Shown: in pieces, positions 1 through 11,900 of the stretch
Numbering within the stretch: the first letter of the stretch is position 1
How the letters are laid out: every line of letters starts with the position of its first letter
Assembly (NCBI RefSeq): GCF_964194155.1
Contig: NC_135888.1
Coordinates: 108,500,001 to 108,564,000 of the forward strand
Length of the DNA: 64,000 nucleotides
Direction of reading: 5' to 3'
Source: Cetorhinus maximus
Taxonomy: Eukaryota
The notes under the pieces: model-generated
Told to the model about the DNA's origin: nothing
What the model saw: the letters and a program-made list of their open reading frames with translations, nothing else
Databases searched by the model: none
Program-made: the position numbers and the translations under genes

Positions 1-99
1 GCCATATTTTCAGCTGCACAGGCTCTAAGCTCTGGAATTCTCTCCCTGAACCACTCCTCCTCTCTATCTCTCTCTCCTCCTTTAAGACTCTGAAGACAA

Positions 100-1099
100 T
101 GTTGCAAAAATGTCTAATTTCATAATTCATATGTTGTAGGAATATAATTTTTAGTTTGGGAATTGAAATGTTAAATATAAGATGAATGAAAACCCCTGGT
201 GAGAGACCGATAAACTGATTTAAAAGTTATTGCAATTCAAAGGGTGTCCTGTGTTTATTTGATAAGGTCAGAGTTAGAAGTAACATTAAATAATGGGTGG
301 CCCCTCCCTGAGTCTTGCTGGAGACAAGGCATCTACAGTTGTCTTCAAAAGGAGTTTAAATTATTCATATGGTTTCCCAGAGCAAAGGGAATGTTTGGGA
401 CTTGGAAATAATGAGTCTGAATTTCTATCTGGGACATCCCAGGAATGTTACATTGCCAGGGGATAGATTGCAGGGAGGTTTTTTGTGGTTTTGGGTTATC
501 TGTGTGCTTTCTCACCGGAGTTGGAGTTGGAGCCTAGGAGCAGCTTTGAGAAGCAGAGAGAAAAATCTGCCAGAAGCTGTAAATGATAAGCAAATGGCTA
601 TCAAAAACCAAGGTTGTTTTCTGATTTTGGGGTCATTGAGCAAAAAAGCAGTGAGGCCCATGTTTGAGTTGGCGTGTCCACAATTGTGAGGTGTTGGAGG
701 AGAGTTGGAGTGTCGCCTAGCCGGATGCAATAGAAAGACCCCAAGAAATCTCATCCCTAAGAGAATAGCAGGAACACTGAGGAGAATCAAAGTGAACTCC
801 TGAGAGCCACACCTTGATTTGGTTTCAGTAGAAATGAGGGAGCCTTCAAGCTCCTGTAAAGTGTAGGTCAACTCCTGGTGTAAATGACGGTAGAACAGGA
901 AGAGGCCTGCTGAGTTTTTCAGGTATATAATATAATTGTTTCTGAAATAGATAGTGTTAAGTTAGTAGTATTTGCTTTGTTTAATTCTTGTACAGTAAAA
1001 GGTTTTGTTTAAAATGTCAAACCTTGTGGCGTAATTCTTTCAGTTAATAACTGGGAATTTATTTTTTTTAAGTTACTGGTCTTCTTTGAGATCGTAAGA
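100..1099 (+). mobile_element. Solo LTR (Gypsy-like), about 1 kb
   Basis: Starts TGTTGCAA and ends TCGTAAGA (degenerate ...TAACA), with a near 4-bp TSD acaa/acag. It interrupts the L2 tail, and its 3' part resembles the LTR at 52816. Confidence 0.6.
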
Positions 1100-1499
1100 A
1101 CAGTTTTTGGTCACCTGTCTTGATATCTCCTCATGAGGCTCAGTCTCAAATTTTATTTGATTCCTCTCCTAGGAAGGAACCTTGGAATGTTTTCCTACGG
1201 GCCTGACTTTCCTTCCAGGGTTGGGAAGCCAACGTTGGGACCATTTCTGAGACTTGGTCCCATTCCCCCATCACCCAGGTGAAGCACACAGGTCCCGATT
1301 TTCACAGGGGCACCTGTTAATTGGCTGGTAGGTGGGTTGGGCAGCCAATTAGTGACTGCAGGGGCTGGAATGGAGGTGGGACTGAGAGAATATGGGGTTG
1401 ATTTAAGCACACCAAGGCGGCCATAGTAGCAGCAGTCATGGAACAGGAAAGACAGATAGCTGGAACCTGGGTCAGGGTAGCTGGACAACGCTGGAACTC

Positions 1500-3300
1500 G
1501 GGACAGGACTGTCCCTCACTTCATGCACAATGACCTGGAGGTTCTCCTTGAGGTAGTGAGGGAGAGGAAGGCTGGAAGGTGGCTGGAGAAGACCAGCCTG
1601 ACAAACCAAGAAGGCCTGGATCAAGGTCACCGAGACTGACATTAGATGAAGCATAAAAACAAAAAACTGCGGATGCTGGAAATCCAAAACGAAAACAGAA
1701 TTACCTGGAAAAACTCAGCAAGTCTGGCAGCATCGGCGGAGAAGAAAAGAGTTGACGTTTCGAGTCCTCATGACCCTTCAACAGAGCGAGTAATATTAGG
1801 AGAGGGCTGAAATATAAGCTGGTTTAAGGTGGGGGGGTGGGGGGAGAGAAGTTGTGGGAGGGAGTGGTTGTAGGGCATAGGTTGTAGGGTTGTAGATGAA
1901 GCATGCTGAGGAGGAACTGGATCCACTACGGCAAAAGGTTCAATGACCTTATTTATTCTAGCAGGATGAGTGCAACGATAGAGTCTCATGACAGGCCTCT
2001 AGCTAGTCCCCTGTGGACACACCAGCTATGGACCCTACAGGCGCAGGCTGTTCCTGAAGATGGAATGAATGTGAGCCCAGGGTACTTACTGACCCCATAG
2101 CAAGGCTCAGAGCCCTGGTGCTGCTGAAGACTTGCCAGCACTGATACATACAGCTTCCTATCTAGATGAGCCACTGACATTGGCTATAAGAGACCAGCAC
2201 TGCCATATCTCTCTCTTTCATCCTCGCAGGAGAAAAGAGCTCAGAACACCAAGAAAGGGTACTCACAGGAGGAGGGGGGCTCCATTTATACATTGTGACT
2301 ACCATGGAGGAGGGAGTCATGAAGATTGCCAGGGTTGCTCCCCAGGAGCAAGTCAGGGAAGGCGAGATGGGCATTCGAGGTGCAGAAGGCGAAAAGATAT
2401 TGCAAACAGTAAATGAAGAGAGTGAAGTGCACTCCACTCCATCCGAAAGCACGTCAAAGACTCAGCTGCACTGGAAAGCCTCAGCATTGAAGAGGCTTCT
2501 GCTCCCAAAGGCTAGTTCTCACAATCTTTTCTTGTGCTTCTCACAGGTTCTGACATTGATGGGGAAGGATAGATGCCTTTGTTTGCACCAGGCAAGCCTG
2601 GTATCAGAGCAAGCACCACCGCATCCCACAAGTACATCCTCTGCCAGCTCAGGTACAGTCACCTCAGTGGGTTCTCACACACGATTAGATTGGGTAGCGC
2701 TGGGTGAAGAGCATAGGATGAGTGAGAAGGAGGTGAGAAAGGCAGAGGTAGCTGTGGGCAGTTCCCTTCAGAGGATGGAGAACAGGCACAGCCCTTCAGT
2801 GCTGGGCACATGTGCAAGACCTTGCGAGTCACAACTTTGACCAGCAGCAAGAGATGTGTACCCACAGGTCAGAGCTCTCTGAGCCAGTGTAGGTCATTGG
2901 CTGAGAATGGAGGAGCCCAAATGCTCATGTGCACAACCCTTGCTCGGGGCTTTGAACACATGAGCTCCTCCATTGAGAGAGTGGCCAACCTCATGGACAG
3001 CCATATGCAGCAGCACTCAGAGTGGATGCAGGAGCAATGCGTTGACATACACAGAATGCATGCCACACTGCAACCTTGAGCGGTCAGTGGCACTAATAGC
3101 ACTGATTTATTTGGAGTGGTTGCCAGTTGCGCCACAACTGGTGCTCCCCTCCAGCAATCAGGAATGCCAGCCAAGGAAGAGGAGGAAGAGGCTGCCAGCC
3201 CTCATGTGGCACCATCATCATCGTCAGCCTCCTTGGCCTTCTGACTGAGGGAATATCTGTGCAGCAAGGCCAAATGACGGAGGCTGCTCCTGCATAGACC
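1500..3300 (+). pseudogene. Decayed Harbinger Myb/SANT-like DNA-binding protein gene of H0
   Basis: Translates as RTVPHFMHNDLEVLLEVVRERK...W...RNWIHYGKRFNDL, followed by low-complexity and coiled-coil-like exon remnants. Interrupted by a PLE fragment. Confidence 0.65.
1655..1892 (-). mobile_element. Penelope-like element 3' fragment with hammerhead-like motif
   Basis: Contains the recurrent gcggatgctggaaat...actcagca.gtctggcagcatc...gttgacgtttcgagtc block. Exact 12-bp TSD tagatgaagcat at 1643-1654 and 1893-1904. Confidence 0.75.
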
Positions 3301-3364
3301 AGTGCAGCAACATCTGCAGGTACTCCTGCTGACCCCTCATGATGAGGATGACTGGCATCACACT

Positions 3365-6300
3365 GATTTAAAAACAGTGGGAGCTGAGAACTGAGATTTT
3401 AAAAGAATGGAAGCTGAGAGTTAGAGTGGAGATTTAATAAAAGAGCAGGAACGGAGAGCCAGAGCAGATATTTAAAAAAAGTGGGAGCTGAGAGTCAGAA
3501 CAGAGTGGAATCAGGTTGTCCTGGAATCGAAGTGACGTCACAGGAGTCATGTGTGGTGAATTTTCTGGTAAGCTTTTAATTTACTCAAAATTAATCAATG
3601 ATAAAGTAAGGGTTGATTGATTAATTAGTACAAATGCTAAAAGCTGAATCCTATTTATAATTTATCATATAATTATAATCAGTGCTCAATCAGTTAATCA
3701 GATCTAGGGAATAAAGTTAAAATTAAATAACAAAGGATAGTAACACTAAAGGAGTCTGATTTTTTCAGGAAATTAAAATCCAATGTTCTTAGATAATAAG
3801 AGTCAAGTAAAATATTCCAGTTAACCTCCCTTTATGATTCTCATGTCCTGGACAATCACATGTCGAGTAAGTGTCATTAGCTGCAGAAGCTCGAGCATTA
3901 GGTCTTGGAGCTTGAGCAGCAGCTGGTGTCACTGCGGCGCATCCATTAAGTTGAGAGCTTTTGGAAAGCATGTTTATAGATGTGGTCACCATGCAGCTTA
4001 AGGGTGTGCAGGCAGAGAATGAATGGGTGACTGCCAGGCAGTGAAGGAGGAACAGGCAGGTAGTGCAGGAGTTCCCTGAGTGCATCTCACTCTCCAACCA
4101 GTGTTCAATTCTGAATACTGGTGAGCGTGATGTTTCACCTAGAGAGGGCAGCCAGAGCCGATGTCCATGGCACCATGGCTAGGTCAGCTGCACAGAAGGG
4201 CAGAAGGAAGATTGGGAAATCAATAGTGGTAGGGGATCCAATAGCTAGGGGAACAGACAGACATTTGTGTGGCTGCAGACATGAATTTTGGATGGTTTGT
4301 TGCCTCCTTGGTGCCAAGGTCAAGGATGTCACTGGGCGGAACAAAATTAACAGCTACTTGGACAAATACGGATTAATTAAGGAAAGCCAGCATAAATTTG
4401 TTAAGGGAAAATCCTGATTTATTAATATGCTGAGGTTTCTGATGATGTAACAATGAGGGTTGTTGGGGGTCATGCAGTCGATGTGGTATACATGGACTTT
4501 AAAAAGGCATTTGATAAGGTGCTACTTAACAGTTGTTTTTTGGATTGAAGGAAGATATACCTTGGGGTTCCCCAGGTATCAGTGTTAGGACCACTACTTT
4601 TCTTGATCTATATTTATGTCCCAGACTTTGTTGTATTGGGCAGAATTTCAAAATTTGTGGATGGTGCAAAACTTGGAAGTATTGTGAACTATAAGCAGGA
4701 TAGTGATAAACCTCTTGAGGACATCGACAGGCTGGTGAAATGGGCAGACAAGTGGCGGATTAAATTTAATGCAGAGAAGTATGGAGTGACTAATTTTGGT
4801 AGTAAGAACAAAGACAAACAATCTAAATTAAAGGGTAAAATTCTAAAGGGAGTGCAGTAACACAGGGACCTGAGGGCACATATGCACAAATCATTGAAGT
4901 TGCTTGGAAAGGTTGAGAAAGCGGATAAGAAATGAGATATGGGATCCTGGGCTTTATAAATAGGGGCATAGAGTACAAAAGCAAGGAGGTTATGATGAAC
5001 CTGTATAAAACCCTAGTTTGACATAAACTGGAGTATTGTGTCCAATTTTGGACACCACAGTTTAGGAAGGATGTGAAGACATTAGGGAGGGTGCAGAAAA
5101 GATTCATGAGAATGGTTCCAGAAATAAGGAACTTCAGCTAATTTGTTAGATTGAAGAAGCTGGTTTGTTGCCCTTGGAGAAGAGAATATTGAGGACATTT
5201 AATAGAGGTTTTTAAAGTCATGAGAAGTCTGGACAAAGTTGATAGGGGAAAATATTCCCATTGGTGGAAGGATCCCAGAACCAGAGGACACCAATTTAAG
5301 ATGATTGGTAAAAGATGCCATGGTGAGATAAGGAAAATCTTTTTTTTTGCAGTGTTATAATCAGGTGAAGAGGGGTCGGATGGCTTCCCTTTTTTTCTCT
5401 TCTCGCATGACCACAACCAGTTTCTTGAAAAGGACATATTTGCTAAGTCAGTGAGTGCTTAACTGTTAATACAATGCGATCATAAAAGAACCAATAGACA
5501 GGTTTTCTTGCCTAAATAAAATATAAAATATGCTCTGACTTTCATACACACACACACAATCAAAGTTCACATACCAATAGGTTACAGAGCAGGGAAGGAT
5601 AGATTTGTCAACTTAGAGTCCAGAGAAATAAGATGGGTATACAGTCTGTAGTTCGGTGACTCGGGTCTTTTCAGGCTGAATTCAGTGGCCTTTTGACTTT
5701 CCTTCAGTGGTCTCGATGTTTCTGATTTAAAAATGTAGATGGCTGATTTGGCTGTTCTCCTGGAGACAGTAGTGCTGGGTTGAATTCTTTCAAGAAGCCT
5801 CTGCCTACCACAGGGGTGTCCCTGGATGGTCGCAGTCAGCAAACAGCATTCAAAGCTTACAAGATGGGTTGGACAGAGAGTGAGGAAGGAGGGACTCCAT
5901 CGGGTCTTTTCTCACCAGCTTCTCAGCTGCTTGTCCTCTTACTGCAAGAAAGAAGAAGTTTAAACACACAAAGGGTCTTAATAAGTTCCTGTCTGAGAAT
6001 CCTCTCTCTTAGTTAATGTCCCATTGTTCAAGTTATTGGGTTTAGCATATTCCCATTGTGGCTTGATGAGTTCATGTCTGCGAACCCTCTGTCGAATAAC
6101 ACAGGTGATTGCCTTCATGTCTTGCTAAAGGGGACAGTATTTGTGGCACACTGTATTCTCCTGAGGCCATTGTCCTTGATGGGCCTTTGCAGACATGGTG
6201 TCTCCATCTCTGTGGGTTGCAAGGTGAAGAGCATAGAGATGTAAATTAGGTAGCCATCTTTGTTATGAGCTCAAGTCACATATTTAGTGTGTGTTTTTCA

Positions 6301-6585
6301 AATGTCTCTGCTTTTAAAAGTTCTGTTCGGTTTTCCAGCCAATGGATTAAAAATCATTGTTTGGCATAACACATGTTTTCATGACAGCAGTGAATGGTTA
6401 GGATCTGGAATGCACTGATTGTGAGTGAGGCAGATTCAATCAAGGACTTCACAAGAGATAATTATCCAAAGTGAAAACATTTGCAGGGCTACAAAGAAAA
6501 GGTGGGGGAGTGGGGCTACGTCAGTTGCTGTTGCAGAGAGCCACAGACATGATGGGATGAATGACCTCCTTCTATACTGAAGCCT
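3365..6585 (+). mobile_element. CR1 LINE with 5'UTR repeats, ORF1 esterase-like remnant, internal deletion and decayed RT/3' end
   Basis: gggagctgaga repeats at 3365-3500. ORF1 reads VVGDPIARGTDR..CCLLGAKVKDV (GDSL/SGNH-like). RT reads GPLLFLIYI..ISKFVDGAKL..W..KFNAEK. CR1 3'UTR follows 6387. Confidence 0.85.
5353..6386. mobile_element. Solo LTR inserted in CR1 3' region
   Basis: TGTTATAA...TCATGACA termini with an exact 4-bp TSD gcag (5349-5352, 6387-6390). The CR1 sequence resumes seamlessly after it. Confidence 0.8.
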
Positions 6586-6794
6586 ATACCTCCTTCTATC
6601 TTTCTATGTACGTCTCAGCTGAAACCAGTGATAAGTGAGCAGGTGGCCTCCAACTCATCTGAGGCCACAAGGAGGCACTGTGGAAAAGTAGCCAAGAGCG
6701 GAAGCCACTGCACGGGCAGAGTACTGAATAGGCCATTGGAGTTTTCTCAACCGTAAGTGTGCATTTCTCTTTTCCAAAATATATGGACAACTGA

Positions 6795-6900
6795 TGTCAA
6801 ACGTCACTTCATACTTCTCTGCATTAAATTTATTCCGCCACTTGTCCACCCATTTCACCAGCCTGTCTATGTCCTCTAGAGGTTTATCACTCTCCTGCTT
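6795..6900 (-). repeat. Inverted CR1 RT fragment
   Basis: Close reverse complement of about 4694-4790 (KW.DKWR.KFNAEKY). Confidence 0.7.
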
Positions 6901-8229
6901 TCATTCTTTAATGGCAGGACAGAAGAAGAGTGAAGAAGTGCTGAAGGGAAGCAATTGTCCATAAAGCAGGGCAGTGAAACCCCTGGACAGATGTGCATCA
7001 CTCAGTGACAGTAAGAGTGGAATATGACTAAGGTCAGAATTTTCCACTGCAATTGGCTGTGGGTATGTTTGGCGACGTAAGTGGACAATATGGCGAGTAG
7101 GACAAAAATCGGTTTTAGTCCATCGTGGAATCAGTTTGCCATCTTCCACTCCACCTGTCAACAGCGGCCCACGTTTCCCACTGTCCAAAGTCGGGAACTT
7201 GATTTTAATGCATTTGCATCTCATCATTGTGCCTGCACACCGGAATCATTCCCCCAATCAAATTTACCGCCCACGTTGGCGTGACTTCAGAATGGCATCA
7301 TTCATGACTGTCTTTACCTGGTGAGCTGAACTTCAATGGGAACTCAGAGGTGAGTGCACACAACTTTGCACAGAGCTCATGAAGATTGCCCGTGGGACAT
7401 CAAGGAGGAGGCACCGCACATTCGGTAGGGGGACACAGACAAGTCGCTTTTTCCCGGATGACTTTCAGTGCAATGCCAGGGCAAGGACTCCAGTGCACGT
7501 GAGACCGGGGTGGGGGTGGGGCCAAGGCAGCAAAGACTGTTGGAAGTACATAAACACATTAGGGGCGGGTGGGGGAGCAGGGTGGAGGGGGTGGTTGAGG
7601 GAAGCGGCCACACACTTAGAGAAGCTTGTCAAAAGCGAACATTTTTCTGCAGCTGAGACCGGTCGGCAGCAGCTCCATTGACATGTTTGGGGTCAGGCCT
7701 CTGAAGGGTTTCTGCCCACTCAAGCAACGCATAAGCATGAATGTGCCACAAAATGCTCCAGAACTTTTCACCCCTCGGGGGCAGACTGCAAATTAATGTG
7801 TGTTTTAGAGGGCTGCAGGACATTTGGATGATAGGGCAAGTTGTTGAATCCCTTTGCAAAGTGTGGCCAAGGGCAGTCACTGGTGGAGGTGCTCAGAATC
7901 CCTTGCAATGTATGTATTCAGGTTTGGACCAGTATCCCTCATGGTTCAAGCTAACAGCGCAGCTTTGCAGTGTGGGTTAGGAGAATGCCTGCACCTGACC
8001 TGAGAGCAGACCATGCAGTGCAGTGGGGCAGAGGTGCATGGGGTTTTGGATAGCCATGAAGCGCACTAAACATTGGCCATCCAAGAGGTGGCCAACACTT
8101 TCCGGCATGGGTGAAGGGGTCTTGAGATGCAGCCAGAGCTGGAGACTCAACCAAGAGAGGTCCTTGGGAGACATATGCTAACCCTCACATCTCTCTCTTT
8201 GATCCTACAGGAGGACAACATCAGGATCA

Positions 8230-9221
8230 TAGCGACCTGGCTCTATGCCTCATGGCCTACAGGGAGCAGAGAAGAAGGAGAAGATTGCGACGGAGATGCC
8301 TGGCTTGCCAGAGTGAGGAGCACCACCCTCAAGGTGAAGGTGCAGCAGGGCCCCCTCCACACATAGTTGAAGATCCACAGCGAGCCGTTGCTTGTAGGTG
8401 TCTCGCTAGACCCAGGGTCTATAGATGGCGCTTGTCATTCCTACAGATGAGCGAGAACCAGTGTCGTCGAAGATTGTGCAAGTCTAGGGAACTGGTTGGT
8501 CATATGTGCCGCCTTCTGCAGGATTTCGTGCCACAGGGACTTGGAGAGCATCCACTGCCAGTGGCCGTGAAAGTGACGCCGGCACTCAATTCTTATGGCA
8601 GTGGCTTCTTCTAGGGTCTCACAAACCGCCATGCACAAGTGCATCCAGGGGGTCACGGGCACCATCTTTACGAAGGCACTGAAATATGTCCATTTCAACT
8701 GGGGTCAGGCAAGCCAGGAAGCAAGAACGCTGGGATTTGCGGCGATCTCTGATTTTCCACAGGTACAAAGTGTCATTGACTGAACTCAAGTGATGCTTAG
8801 ATCTCCATGGCAACAAGCAGTCCGGTATGTGAACCACAAGCGCTTCCACTGGCTGAATGTTCAGCTGGTCTGCGACCACTGCAGACGCATCCTGCAGGTC
8901 TGCACAAGATTCCCCAGGGTGCGTCCACGAGTCCTGCATCAGATCCCTGACATCTTCCAGGGTTGACTGAGGCTACAGGGGTTGGCTCCTCGGTGAGCAG
9001 GGCTACTGACCGGGCTGTTGACGCCCATGTGGCGGTCTCAGATTGCAGCAGAGAGATGGTTTAACAAGGCTCATGCTGCAGCCCGGGCTTTGTTGGGACA
9101 GATGATTGGCATTTTGAAAATGTGGTTCCAGTGCCTCGACAGGTGTGGTGGAGCATTGCAATACAGTCCTCAGTGAGTGTCGCACATCATTGTTGTTTGC
9201 TACACAGCCTGGTGCTGCAAC
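8230..9221 (+). pseudogene. HARBI1-like DDE transposase pseudogene (H1)
   Basis: RPRVYR..SFLQMSENQCRRRL..LPVAVKVT.ALN.Y..G..FPQVQSVID.., with frameshifts and stops. Truncated at about 9222. Confidence 0.85.
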
Positions 9222-10640
9222 TGGGGCCCAATGGTCCCTGGCTGACTTCTTGAGGAAAAGGTGAAGCTGGAGTGAGATCGAGCTGCCCTGCACCCCTTTC
9301 GCATTGACACTGTTGCAGGCCAACTATAGCATCAGCAATGGAGTTCAGCCCACACAGCAGTGCAGGACCGATGTCCTGGACGAAGGTCTCTATGGCGGCC
9401 GCCAACCCGCCAGTCTTAAACTTGGTGCATCAGCATGATTGCACATACACCTTGGTCTTAAGGCAGATGGACTCCTCCATTGTCCCTAAGGAGTAACCTG
9501 AGGAGTGCAATGGACACCCCTCCCTGATGTTCCCGTGTTTGTCTTTGAAGTTCCAACAACGGCTTGAGGACCGAGCCCAGAGGCCCATCATCTGACTCGG
9601 ACTCCGCGGATTCCTTGCCTCCAGCAGCCCTCCGAGTGCCAGTGACCTCGGATGTCCCGGCCTCCGCCTGCTGTGGAACAGATTGTGTGCAGTGCTCACC
9701 AGATTGTGATCCTGAGGCTGCCCTACATCCAGATCCCACGAAGGTGTGTGTCGCTCCTCCGGTGGAGGGTGCAGGTGAGCGCCGTGATAGGTCTTCAACG
9801 ATGCTACCCTCAGGGTCCTCATCAAGGGCACTCTCGGCGCTGGAGTCTGGGTCAAGGTCACCTGAAGGCAACGTGCAGATGTCTCTTTGAGAGAAAGTGG
9901 AGATTATTAGTGCTTGACAGCTACGTTCTACACAGAACATTGGACTCAGAGTAGCATTGAGAGAGGGATGACCTGGTGCAGGATCCTCATGTGGATGCTT
10001 GCCGCCGACCTCACCATCGCCGCAGGAACAGCCCATGTCCTCTCCGGCCAACTCAATGCGTGGCTCTCGAATGGAGTGAAGATCTTTATGTCCGGCACTA
10101 CACCCCTGGTCTGGGACCTCTCCCGGTGATTGTGCGTGATCTTGCCCTGCATAAAGACAGATGGAGAGAGTGTGAGCAAGGCGCATGCCAGGCCAAATAA
10201 GATGGATACCAGGCATGCGTGTGTGCTGAGTGGAGCCATGGACGGAATGAGGAGGCGATCTCCAGAGGAGATGAGGCCAGATGGAGATGTGAAGTTGTGT
10301 GTGAGAGGGTGAGTGGTGATGTCCTTTGAGCCGGCAGTGAGTGAGATGCCAGTGAATGTGTCATGGGTTTGTGGGTAGGTGAGTTGAGAGTGACAAGATA
10401 GTTGACTTACCCTGGCAGCACAGATGAGATCTTTCATCCTTTTTCTAGACTGGATGGCGGACCTCTTGTGTGCAGTGTTGGCACTGACCACCTCTGCCAC
10501 GGCCTCTCAAGCTGGAGTGGTGAGACTCTGCGACCAGAGTGGGTAGAGGACATCACAACAGGCCTACACAGCATCCAAAAGGCATTCTGGGATGCGTCAC
10601 TGAATTGGGAAGCTGCACTCTTCTTGGCTTTTGGGGCCAT
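9222..10640 (-). pseudogene. Three-exon Myb/SANT-like gene remnant (H1)
   Basis: MAPKAKKSAASQFSDAS...AEVVSAN..KRSAIQSRKRMKDL, with a GTAAGT donor near 10410 and a last exon containing LLELQRQ.REHQ. Confidence 0.8.
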
Positions 10641-10919
10641 GTTGTCACTGGAGCAGCCCTGGGCTTCAAGCATTGAGAACTGTGCGCACGGCTGCAGTTT
10701 AAATGTGGCGCCTGGAGTAAGGAAGCAGCGAGATAACGGCATGGCAGGCAAATTGGAAGCCGCCTGCCAGCGAGATAGCGTGGCTCCTGTGACTGTATAA
10801 TTTATGAAGTGGGAAGGGGACAATATGGTGCGAAAATTGCCACTGCAGCCAGCAGGTAAAACATTGCTTTTCAAGCCCACTACTACATTTAGTGCAATTC
10901 TGGGACAAATCCGCCCTAT

Positions 10920-11900
10920 GTCTTCAATGATAGTGTTCTTAGGGGTGGGGGTGGGGGTTGGAGGGGGTGGGGGGAGTAGTCATCTCTTCAAGGGATATCC
11001 TTGGACCCCAGAATCCATCCACGGAGATTGTGAAGTGGAATGCAGAGTTGCAGCACCAGGGATGAAGGGCTTATGACTGCTGCCCGGAAAGTGAGTGCTT
11101 ACATTCTTGTTGAGTGTTGAGGGAGTGGAAGCCCTTCCTGTTGCTGAATCGCATTAGCCAGTCACTGGGTGCCCTGATGGCCATATTAGTGCAGGCGATT
11201 ACACCCTGCTCCTGGGGGTGTCCAGGAATTGAGGCAAAACCCACTGCCCTTTGTGCCTAGGAGGGCCCATCATGTCTGAATTGAATCTCCTACCCAGCTC
11301 TTGCAAATTGGGCATTGGTGACCTGCAATGTCAGTGGTGCTCAGCTGTTTGCAAGATTCCACCAAGGTCACAGCTAATCCTTAGAAGGATCCAGTGATGA
11401 GGAAATTCAAGGCCACAGTGGCTTTTACAGTTTCTGGCAGGGATGGCGAGCAATGCTGTGAGGTGTGAGATGTTTCACCATGAGGGCACACACCTCTCTG
11501 ACAATCTGTGTGGACAGTCACAGTTTGCTCCTGTATTGCTTATCCAACATCTCCATGTAACTCTGTCCCAAAATTCGAGAGTTGTGCTCCCATTTCCTTG
11601 TGTTCAGTTAGACTCTCAATATTGCCCCTGCAATACCAAGAGGGTGCTGACCCTCTGTACTGCCCAAGCACATTTTGACCACTCACCCTGCAACCTGTGC
11701 ATAACTGAAGGCAACCATGTGCCAATGGCTGAGTGCCCCTTTCAGCCATGCTCCCTTTTATGAGCCCAACTAATTTTAGTGGGTGACCGTGACTGGCTCC
11801 CCACTGTGCTGCCACCTCCATGCACCTTGATCAAGCCTGCAATTCATGCAACCACATCAAAATCCCAACTTGGTCGTCTATGGTCTCGCAATGAGCGCTT
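10920..11900 (-). pseudogene. Highly decayed Harbinger transposase of H0
   Basis: The reverse complement gives VKATVALNFL (about 11400-11430) and a TIIEDI-like segment near 10920-10940. Confidence 0.55.

Larger units (their letters stand above)
7032..10916. mobile_element. PIF/Harbinger transposon H1 (transposase +, Myb -), internally deleted
   Basis: TIRs ggtcagaattttcc / gggacaaatccgccc with TSD TAA/TAT. Colinear with H2 and H3. Confidence 0.85.

Noticed and set aside
3365-3510. CRISPR-like spaced repeats
   Set aside because: These are imperfect tandem units in a CR1 5'UTR, in a eukaryotic context with no cas genes.
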